Source: Octopus bimaculoides (Eukaryota). Taken from it: a DNA stretch of 41,925 nucleotides. Position numbers and translations under genes: made by a program. The stretch's first letter is position 1, and each line of letters begins with the position of its first letter. The stretch is from contig NC_068989.1 in assembly GCF_001194135.2 (NCBI RefSeq), positions 78,757,728 through 78,799,652 on the forward strand, in the 5' to 3' direction. Below, in pieces: positions 32,133 to 41,925 of the stretch. The notes under the pieces are model-generated. The model worked only from the letters and a program-made list of their open reading frames with translations. It had not been told where the DNA came from and searched no databases.

Positions 32133-32410
32133 GCCTCCGCCTTAGTGAAGGAGGAGGTATTGTTTTCAGTCGTGTTTGTTTGTTTGTCCGTGGACAAGAT
32201 ATCTCAAGAACTGCTGGATGGATTCGGATGAAACTTTCAGGAATGTTTGGCCTCGTGACTGGCATGAACTGATTAGATTTTGTGGGATCGATCCAGTACC
32301 GGACAAGGATTCTGGATTATATTTCTTGTTTTTTTACTTAATTTTTCAGAGCAGTCGTGTTCATTTTTAATATTGTCGTTTGTGAGAGCAATTGAGTTTA
32401 TTTCAGATAT
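32131..32410 (+). mobile_element. Helentron/DINE-like non-autonomous element, 5' part
   Basis: T-rich start, CCTCCGCCTT..AAGGAGGAGG hairpin, (GTTT)n tract, then CTCAAGAAC...GGATTCGGATGAAACTTTCAGG core. Confidence 0.5.
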
Positions 32411-32413
32411 TCT

Positions 32414-32850
32414 CATCATCATCATCATCATCATCGTTTAACGTCCGCTTTCCATGCTAGCATGGGTTGGACGATTTGACTGAGGACTGGTGAAACCGGA
32501 TGGCAACACCAGGCTCCAGTTTGATTTGGCAGAGTTTCTACAGCTGGATGCCCTTCCTAACGCCAACCACTCAGAGAGTGTAGTGGGTGCTTTTACGTGT
32601 CACCCGCACGAAAACGGCCACGCTCGAAATGGTGTCTTTTATGTGCCACCCGCACAAGCCAGTCCAGGGGCACTGGCAACGATCTCGCTCGAAAATCCTA
32701 CAGGAGCCAGTCAGGCGGTACTGGCAACGGCCACGCTCAAAATGGTGCATCTCATGTGCCACCCGCACAAGAACCAGTCCAGGGGCACTGGCAACGATCT
32801 TACTTGGCTTGCCGGGTCTTCTCACGCACAGCCCAAAATCATCTCTGGCT
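32414..32850 (-). mobile_element. Family D
   Basis: Shared sequence. Confidence 0.8.
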
Positions 32851-32909
32851 AATTGTTGAGAGGACATTCGTGTTGCCTTGGTGGAGGTTTTCGCTCTCTG
32901 AATGCACTT

Positions 32910-33050
32910 GTCATTATTACCATCATTATTATTATTATTATTATCATTATTATTATTATTATCATTATTATTATCATTATTATTATTATCATTATCATTA
33001 TTATTATTATCATTATCATCATTATCATCATTAGTATTATCATTATCATT
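32910..33050. repeat. (ATT/ATC)n microsatellite
   Basis: Read directly from the sequence. Confidence 0.95.
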
Positions 33051-33051
33051 C

Positions 33052-33378
33052 GGAGACCCACGTCGGTCATGAATGACCATGGGATTGCACCTAGAAAGTT
33101 ACCTTCCTAGGCACAAGTCCGGGCAAGGTTGTTTATGGAAGACTTGTAGTCGCCCATACATACCAGCCTCCCTTCTCCATGCCACCGATGTTATCCAAGG
33201 GAAAGGCAAAGGCCGATACAGCTTGGCACCAGTGATGTCGCAACTCATTTATACAGGTGAGTTAACTGGAGCAATGTGAAATAAAGTGTCTTGCTCAAGA
33301 ACACAACACACAGCCTGGTCTGGAATTCGAACTCACAACCTCACAGTCATAAGATCGACGCTCTAACCACTGAGCCAT
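33052..33378 (-). mobile_element. SINE family C
   Basis: Reverse complement of the family C consensus. Confidence 0.8.
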
Positions 33379-33409
33379 CATTATTATTATTATTTTTATT
33401 ATTATTATT

Positions 33410-33990
33410 AAAGTTGGAAGCTGACAGAAGCATAAATAGACTGGGCAAAATTCTCTAAGTTCAAATTCTGCCAAGATCGACATAGCTTTTTATCCTTTCA
33501 GGGTCAATAAAATAACTACAAGTTGAGCACTGGAGTCAATGTAATCGACTTAGCCCTCCCCCTAAAAATTGCTGGCCTTGTGCCAAAATTTGAAACCATT
33601 ATTATTATTATTATTATTATTATTGTTAAGGGAGTGACCTGGCAGAATTGTTAGAATGCTGGACAAAATGCTTAGTAATATTTCTTCTGGTTTCACATTC
33701 TGAGTTCAAGTTCCGAGGTAAACTTTGCCGTTCATCCTTTTGAATCAATGAAATAAGTACCAGTTGAGTACTGGCGTCAATTTAATTGACTAACCCCCAC
33801 CTCCCTCAAAATTTCAGGCCTTGTGCCTATAACAGAGAGAATTATTAACATTAAATTCCACCAAGGGTCAACTTTACCTTACATTATTATATGGCCGATA
33901 AGTAACTACTAGCTGAACACTGGGAGATGGGGTGTGTCAATGTAATCAACTTCCCCTTTCTTTCTCTAGTGCTGTGCCAAAATTTGAAAC
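33410..33990 (+). mobile_element. Cluster of 2-3 SINE family B copies separated by (ATT)n
   Basis: Repeated GGCAGAAT...GAGTTCAA...GGCCTTGTGCC units. Confidence 0.72.
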
Positions 33991-34900
33991 CATTATTATT
34001 ATTCTTAACAACCACAGAATACATATTCTTCCAAAACTATCCTAGAATAGTTTTCAAAAACAAAAATAAGCCTTTTATGTCGGTATAGGTATAATTAGTA
34101 TTTCAAGAAAGCTTCTCTGAATATCAACACAAGAAGCAATTGTGGTTAAATGGAATCAAATAAAGTGATTGATTTGCTGACAAGTTTGGACCTAATGACA
34201 TCAGAACAATAATACAAACTCAGATCAAAAGACAAAAGACTATTCCCTGTCTAAGTCACATGTCATTAGATCTAAATAAATGACAATTTATACTTTTTTC
34301 TCTTTCAGACTTTGGGAATTATCTCAATCTTTGCTTAGCTCTCCCCCTCTCTTTACTCTCTATTTCTCTTTATCTATCTATCTATCTATTTCTCTCAATT
34401 GTACTTTTGATAAAAAAAATAACAGATAATTCTATGGGTGATTGAAGATACCTTTGTCTTTCAGACAATGTACTGAAGTAAGATACACTGAAATAACTGA
34501 GAGAAATTTGGCAAAGTGGAACTTAACTACTTCCAGACCCCAGGAAGAGAGAGTCCTCTCAAAATTCAAGGATTTTTTTCTAAGGGAGGGGCCACAACAG
34601 ATAATCACAGGCTCTCTCCCTGGCTCATGAGCCATGGGCCAATGTACCAGGCAAATCCAACTGACCCACTTCACAGGCCATGATCCTGTGGGTAGAGATG
34701 AAGTCAGCACTGTAAACTAACATCCCAACAATTAAACAATGCCACCACTACATATAGAAGTAAATTCTTTCATATCTTTATTCTCTCTTTATTCTATGCT
34801 ACATTACTCATAGACATTGAGTCCAATTTAAGAGAAAGTTTGCCTCCAGGCTGTGCACGTTTTTCTTCCAATTAATTTTGAAATTAATAAAGAATTTATA

Positions 34901-35325
34901 GGCGTAGGAGTGGTTTTGTGGTAACTAGCTTGCTTACCAACCACGTGGTTCCGGGTCCAGTCCTACTACGTGGCACCTTGGGCAAGTGTCTTCTACCATA
35001 GCATCGGGCTGACCAAATCCTTGTCAGTGAATATGGTAGATGGAAACTGAAAAAAGCCCGTCATATACATGTATACATATATATATATGTATGTGTGTAT
35101 ATGTTTGTGTATCTGTGTTTGTCCCCCCAACATCGCTTGACAACTGATGGTGGTGTGTTTACGTCCCCATAACTTAGCGGTTCGGCACAAGAGACCGCTA
35201 GAATAAGTACTAGGCTAGGCTTACAAGGAATAAGTCCTGGGGTCGATTTGCTCGACTAAAGGCAGTGCTCCAGCATGGCCACAGTCAAATGACTGAAACA
35301 AGTAAAAGAGTAAAAGAGTAAAGAG
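34901..35325 (+). mobile_element. SINE family A, full length
   Basis: Same as above, with an (AAAGAGTA)n tail. Confidence 0.82.
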
Positions 35326-35384
35326 CTAATAAAATAATTTTGTCATTATGAAGTTGGTATTTGGATCAAAAATTGGTTTCAAAT

Positions 35385-35580
35385 TATGGCACAGGGCCAG
35401 CAATTTTGGCAGATAAATTGATAACATCAATTCCAGTGTTCAACCAGTACTTATTTTATCAAATCTGAAAAGATGGAACGCAAAGTTGACCTCAGCAGAA
35501 TTTGAACTCAGAACAGCAGACAGAGAAAATGCCATTAAGCATTTTGCCTGGCATGCTAACAATTCTGCCAACTTGCCGCT
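35385..35580 (-). mobile_element. SINE family B
   Basis: Shared sequence. Confidence 0.7.
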
Positions 35581-35619
35581 TTGTTTAGATCATAAAATTT
35601 AACATGAGCTTTTGATGGG

Positions 35620-35850
35620 TTAGGTCAGGTCAAATCAGGTATCGGGGTACATGCACCATTGCATGTCACTGCATCCACCATTTGTCAGTATATTCTTGGG
35701 TCATCCCAAACAACCCTGCCAGCGGTGTTACAGTCAGTCTCCACTTCTCTGAGATGCTCCCTCATCCACTGTGACCACATGGATGAGGTCAACCAACACG
35801 AGCCCTCACCCCGGCCAGATCCTCAGACAAGAGAACACAATATACAGGAT
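35620..35850 (-). mobile_element. RTE/RTE-X-like LINE 3' end
   Basis: Minus strand: GRGEGSCWLTSSMW...VDAVTCNGACTP followed by an ACCTGA/TTTGACCTGACCT-type tail. Confidence 0.5.
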
Positions 35851-35992
35851 TTAACTCAGAAAATCAAACAACATGACTGGCAACAACTTTTGAGAGAGGG
35901 TTTTAATTTACATCACTTTAAAACAGGTTTGTATCATAGAACAAGGTGCAGTCTAAGGTTTGTTGGTAAGAAATTGGTTAACTAATCGAAAA

Positions 35993-36372
35993 CATGTGGT
36001 AAGAAGTTTGCTTCTGAACAACATGGTCCCAGGTTCAGTCCCACTGTGTGGCACCTTGGGCAAATGTTTTCTACTATAGCTATGGACCAAAGCCCTGTGA
36101 GTGAATTTGGTAGGTGGAAACTGTAAGAAGCATGTTGGATATGTATGTGTGTGTCTTTGTCCCCCACCACTGCTCGACAACCACCACTACTTGACAAGCA
36201 GTGTTTGGTGTGTTTACCTCCCCATAACTTAGTGGTTCAGCAAAAGAGACTGGTGGAATAAGAACCAGGCTTAAAACAAAATCAAGTACTGGTGTTGATT
36301 TATTAAACAAAAAAACTCTTTGGTGCCCCAAACAACTGCAGTCTAATGACTAAAGCGAGTAAAAAGATAAAG
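35993..36372 (+). mobile_element. SINE family A, diverged copy
   Basis: Shared head, body and tail. Confidence 0.72.
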
Positions 36373-37188
36373 GATAATCAATGAGAGATGAAAATATCAA
36401 AACAAAAAGAAAGAAAAAAACAAGAAAAAACAAGAGAAAAAAGAAAAAAGACGGAAGTTGTTATGAATAGTTGTTGACTGAGAGGGAAAGAGAAGTGTTG
36501 GGAAGCTTCAAGAATTTGATAGAGGGCCATTTTTTAATTATTCAGTTTTTTTTTTTTGGTTGTTATTTTTGTTTTCTTATTCCAATAATGTGTTTTGTTT
36601 AACAATAATAGACTATCATTATCCACAAGGAAAAAACAAAAAAAAACATTTGAAAGCAGCCATCAAGAAGATCAGTGACAAGAGCTTTGTTTAAAAAGCA
36701 AATGGGTCTCTGTTTTTTATGTATAATTAAGAAGAGACAGTAAAACAAAACAGGAACCATGTGAGCAGATGTAAATCTAAAAACTCAAATAATACCAACA
36801 TTTTTTTTTAATATAACAAGAACAACAACAACATCAATAACAACAGTACATTATATTTAGCAAAAGCTAAAAGAAAAGACAAACGGAAATTTTCTGCTCA
36901 ACAAGGAAAATCCAGCTTATTAGAAAAGTAATATATGTCACTAGTGTAGAGTGGAACCTATAATTAGTGAAGAAATTTGGACAAAAGTCTTCGCATGACA
37001 TTCATGTGTCCAGCAGTAATTGATTCATAAATGAAAAGAGAGAGAGGAGGGGGAGGAGAGAGTAATAGAAACAGAACGCTAATGAAATGAGAAACAAGAA
37101 GACAGAAACTAACAAACAATGTATAGTTAAAGGAGATGACACTCCTTCTAAATGACAGCAACTACTGGAAAGGTACACACATATGATA

Positions 37189-37346
37189 GGTGCAGGTGTG
37201 GCTGTGTAGTAAGAAGTTTGCTTCCCAGCCACATAGTCCCGGGTTCAGTCCCACTGCATGGCACCTTGGGCAAGTGACTTCTACTATCGCCTTGGGCCGA
37301 CCGAAGCCTTGTGAGTAAACTTAGCAGACAGAAACTGAAAGTAGCT

Positions 37347-37350
<4 letters not shown>
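37189..37350 (+). mobile_element. SINE family A, 5' half
   Basis: Shared head, ending in (TA)n(GA)n. Confidence 0.75.
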
Positions 37351-37382
<32 letters not shown>

Positions 37383-37558
37383 AGAGAGAGAGAGAGAGAG
37401 AGAGATAAATAGATACATAGATATTTATATACTGAGGGTGATAAATTGAATATTAATTTAAATAACATCAATTTAAAACCTGTTGGTTAGATCGTGGATG
37501 ATCTCTTTCTAGCATATCGGATGTCCACTCAGTGGTCATCCCTTCTTATACGCATGTA

Positions 37559-37589
<31 letters not shown>

Positions 37590-38174
37590 CAGCAGCACAA
37601 TTATTCAGTATCAAAAAGTAACAACAATATTAATATAGGTGGTTGCAGGCCTAAATCAGAGTTATATAGCTGTAGAATTAAAATTAGATTAATCAAAGGA
37701 CACACTGAGGTGTCTACCTGCTAGAAATAAGAGTTAAAACCCTCATTTGAACCACCAAGAATTACACTGGCAAGCGAACCGAAAAAAGATCTCCCACGTC
37801 CCATTATAACACAATGCTATATATTTAATGGAATGGGTATATATGTGAACCGGTTTTAACTCTTATAACTAGCAGGTAGACACTTGATTTTTATATATAT
37901 ATATATNNNNNNNNNNNNNNNNNNNNNNNNNNNNNNNNNNNNNNNNNNNNNNNNNNNNNNNNNNNNNNNNNNNNNNNNNNNNNNNNNNNNNNNNNNNNNN
38001 NNNNNNNNNNNNNNNNNNNNNNNNNNNNNNNNNNNNNNNNNNNNNNNNNNNNNNNNNNNNNNNNNNNNNNNNNNNNNNNNNNNNNNNNNNNNNNNNNNNN
38101 NNNNNNNNNNNNNNNNNNNNNNNNNNNNNNNNNNNNNNNNNNNNNNNNNNNNNNNNNNNNNNNNNNNNNNNNNN

Positions 38175-38414
38175 TATATATATATTAGTGTTTGTGTGTC
38201 ATTGTGTCTGTGCTTGTACCCATCACTATTTGACAGCCATGTTTATGTTATGTCCCAATAACTTAGCAGTTCAGCAAAGAAGAGTGATAGAATAAATGCT
38301 AGGCTTCACCAAAAAAAATTAGTACTCAGGTGAATTTGTTCAACTAAAATTCTTCAAGGCAGTGCCCCAGCATGGCCACAGCGTAATGATTGAAACACGT
38401 TAAAAGATAAAAGA
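38175..38414 (+). mobile_element. SINE family A, 3' half after a gap
   Basis: CATAACTTAGCAGTTCAGCAAA...CAGCATGGCCACAG. Confidence 0.7.
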
Positions 38415-39069
38415 TTAGTCCCAAGAACCACTGAAAATTTGGTGCACTTCTGAAGGAGCCAATTAATTAGAAAGTCTTCAAGTCAACGACAAAATGTAAA
38501 AATATAATGTGGAAGAAAAAAAAAGCAGGAAAGAAAAAGCAAAAACAATAGATAAAAAAAAAGCACAAAAAAAAAAACAAAGTAAACGAGCTACCAGGCA
38601 GTTAGTAATTATGGATCAGGCTAATTATGGATCTTAGAAACATCTTTTGCTGCCAATTTTTTTCCTACTTAATTCTTCTTATTTTCTTTGTTTTTTTCTT
38701 CTTGAAATCATTCTTCTTACTATGGATTCCTAAGAACAAAACAATAAATTCCTCAAACCTCTCCCAACCCACAGTTATTTGTGAAACGGAAGGGTGGAGT
38801 TTGTTTATTTTATTTATGTTGTAGTTGTCTTCTTTACTTTTTTTAAATTCTAATGGCACAGGTATGGATGTGTGGTTATGAAGCTCGCAATGCAACCCAC
38901 ATGGTTTCCGGTTCAGTCCCACTGCACAGCACTTTGGGTATGTGTCTTCAAGGGGACTTGACTCTTTTAGACATGAGGTAAGGAAAGTCTCTGATGCCAG
39001 TGGCTTGACAAAATGTGCTCAGTCCATGGTGTAGCCTGATACACTAAACCAAACCCAAAAGTACTGTTT

Positions 39070-39370
39070 GTTCTAACCAATGAGCAGCTTTATGAAAATC
39101 TACCCAAAGTGACTGAAAAGATTCAGTAGAGAAGTATAAGAATTGCTGGTCATTGTATCAGGCACCCAGAAGAACCTGTGTATCAACTGGTCTTCTGGGA
39201 GTCGGTTGAAGGAAGAATCAACAGGGGAAGAAAACATCTAACCTATGTGGACGACTTGCTTCAGGGTAGTAGAAGGTAAATGTTGACGGATTAAGAATGT
39301 GGATTGTGGACCATGATGGATGGTGTGCTTGTGTGAAATCACTGAAGTATCCAGCAGGATGACCAAATTA
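39070..39370 (+). mobile_element. RTE-clade LINE 3' remnant
   Basis: Translates to LTNEQLYENLPKVTEKI*RSIRIAGHCIRHPEEPVYQLVFWESVEGRINRGRKHLTYVDDL, typical of the RTE C-terminal R-L-x-G-H...GRP region. Confidence 0.7.
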
Positions 39371-39421
39371 AAACGAACCTGTTCTTTTTCCATAAAACAT
39401 TATTTATTTATTTACTTATGC

Positions 39422-39810
39422 ATTCATCATCATCATCATCGTTTAATGTCTGCTTTCCATGCTAGCATGGGTTGGACGATTTGATTGAGGACTGGTGAGC
39501 CAGATGGCTGCACCAGGTTCCAATCTGATCTGGCAGAGTTTCTACAGCTGGATGCCCTTCCTAACGCCAACCACTCCAAGAGTGTAGTGGGTGCTTTTAC
39601 ATGCCACCGGCACGAAGGCCAGTCATGTGGTACTGGCAATGGCCATGCTCAAATGTTGTTTTTACGTGCCACCTGCACGGGAGTCAGTCCAGTGGCGCTG
39701 GCAACAACCTCGCTCGAATGTTTTGTTCACATGCCACTGGCACAAGTGCCAGTAAGGTGACGCTGGTAACGATCATGCTCAAATGGTGCTTTTTACGTGC
39801 CACCAGCTCA
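39422..39810 (-). mobile_element. Family D
   Basis: Shared sequence. Confidence 0.8.
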
Positions 39811-39961
39811 TGGGTGGAGTTGTTTGTATCTTGTAGCAAATATACTCCATGTCACCACCACCATTTAATAACTAGATACCCTTCCAGCTTATAACTACTC
39901 AACTGAAAACTAAGATTAGAACCATATCTGTCTTAGACAGATAGACACACAAATATACATA

Positions 39962-40112
39962 CAGGCCTGGGCATAAGTAGGTACACAGTTATTTAATGAG
40001 TGGAATGTTGTTTCCATATCTCTCTGTTTCTTTTTTTTTTTTTTACCTTAGCACATGAAGAGAACATTCAACTCATACTGAGCAACTGTATACCTACTTT
40101 TGCCCACCCCTG
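39962..40112. mobile_element. Tc1/mariner-type MITE, 151 bp
   Basis: TA|CAGGCCTGGGCATAAGTAGGTACACAGTT ... AACTGTATACCTACTTTTGCCCACCCCTG|TA; ~29-bp TIR. Confidence 0.8.
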
Positions 40113-41284
40113 TACACGTAAAATTCCATTACTGGTTTCAGTCATTCCACTGTAGCCATTCTATGACACCACCTTCAAGAATTTAATCAATATAATCAAC
40201 AACATCATACTTATTCTATTCTGGTACATATTTTACAGCCCTCTATTATCAATTTGTAATAAAATTATGTGAAATAAACGGGAAGACACAAACTAGCAAA
40301 GTCATGTGACCAGTGAAGAATCGTGAAACTCAGAGTAGCAACAGAGAGTAATCTGAGCAAAGTAATACATTACACTCAACTTCAGTATTGCGTATTCTTT
40401 CTCCCGTTTATAAATTCAAACAGTGTGTTATGTGCATGTATATATATATATATATNNNNNNNNNNNNNNNNNNNNNNNNNNNNNNNNNNNNNNNNNNNNN
40501 NNNNNNNNNNNNNNNNNNNNNNNNNNNNNNNNNNNNNNNNNNNNNNNNNNNNNNNATATATATATCATACACACACAGACATGCATACACAAACACACAC
40601 ACATATACATTTGAAATTTTATAGGCTTTCAGTTAAAAATTGCAAATCAATAAAATTGATAAATCTCCACACATTAAAGTAGATTGTTTTTTTAATTTAT
40701 TTTCCTTTCTTCCCCTGCACCATCCCCAGTAGAATTTCAAACTTCATTGAAAAATTCAGTTTGAATTTTCATTTAAAAACAAAACCAAAAAAATGCATGC
40801 ACATACTTCCTTGATTATCAATGAGAATATCGAAAACTATCTAAGCCATTGCTTAGCACCACAATCCCCACCTCAAGACATCTTTGTCACAATATATTAT
40901 AACACAATATATCAAATTATACATAGCAATGATCTGCTAAATATAAAAGACAAATCTTCCTCAAATCACATTACACTGTCATAAAGGAGATGGGAATTGG
41001 GTACATGAAGAGAAGTTGTTTTCCAGAGACTAAAGACAACAGTGATTAGCATATTTATATCTGAATCTGCCAGAATGATTTAAGAATGAATATGTAAACC
41101 ATTGCTTTGATTCACACTGTTGACCTTGCACAGATATCAGCATGCATCAACAAATAATTTGCTTACTGAATTTAAAACAAGAGCCACAAATCCTTATTAG
41201 ATTCATTAATCTAGCATAGCTTTGACTGAGGAGACACAATGATGTTAAAACACAGGGTGTCCCAAAGTCCTCTCAGAATAATGA

Positions 41285-41700
41285 GGCCTGCAGTTTTAGG
41301 GGCGAGGGGTAAGTCAATTCATCAACCCCCGTGTTCAATTGGTACTTGTTTCATTGACCCTGAAAGGGATGAAAAGCAAAGTAGAACCTGGCAGAATTTG
41401 AACTCAATTCTGCCAGTTCACCACATTAATAATAATTTATGTGTCAGGCCAGCAATTTTCTTTTTCCCCTGGCACTGTTGTTTCTACCAATCCATCGCCT
41501 TCGATAATAATGGTCTCTAATTGAGGCACATAGCCAGCAATCTTAAAGAGAGGGTGTTAGTTGATTACACTGGCCCTAGTGTTTCACTGGTACCTTATTT
41601 TATCAACTTCAGGTGGATGAAAGACAGAACCTAAGACAGGAAGATCTACAATGAAATACCAAAAGGCATTTTGTCAGAACTAAAAATTCTACCAATCTAC
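41285..41700 (-). mobile_element. Two to three diverged SINE family B pieces
   Basis: Shared body motifs at 41285-41405 and 41520-41700. Confidence 0.6.
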
Positions 41701-41925
41701 CACCATTGTTCCTACATCTGCTTCTTTCATGCCAACATAGGTAAGACTGACTTGCTGAGACAGATTTTCTATAGTTGGATGCTCTTCTCATTGCCAATCT
41801 TTACATAGTTTTGAATTCATTACATATTTCCCTGGTGACAAACATCTTTCTGATGATAAGCAATACAAAGATTGGAGATTTTTCTTTAATCTTTTATGGT
41901 AGATGTAAACACTACCCCCCCCCCC

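Noticed and set aside
34432-34710. Short overlapping ORFs in unique sequence
   Set aside because: No recognisable domain or convincing splice pair

Overview
Eukaryotic, AT-rich, repeat-dense draft-assembly DNA with several N gaps. The SINE families and microsatellite load look like an octopus/coleoid cephalopod genome (inference). The one clear gene is a minus-strand Na-K-2Cl cotransporter (SLC12A2/NKCC-like). I reconstructed 14 consecutive in-frame GT-AG exons (19662 down to 1892; 1914 nt, 638 aa) covering the distal N-terminus, TM1-TM12 and the start of the C-terminal domain. The 3' exons lie outside the window, below position 1. No canonical long regulatory N-terminal exon was found, but a candidate short 34-codon first coding exon lies at 25057-25158. 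Introns and upstream DNA hold at least five SINE-like families, a decayed full-length mariner nested in a piggyBac-type MITE, a DD37D (maT) transposase remnant, hAT/pogo/Tc1/piggyBac MITEs, RTE-type LINE 3' remnants, Helitron/Helentron-like pieces and microsatellites. The most unusual signal is a tRNA-headed SINE whose 3' part carries a minimal type-I hammerhead ribozyme motif of the kind known from Penelope-like retroelements. At two independent loci this element sits head-to-head with an inverted partial copy. No database searches or folding programs were run, so family names and novelty are unverified.
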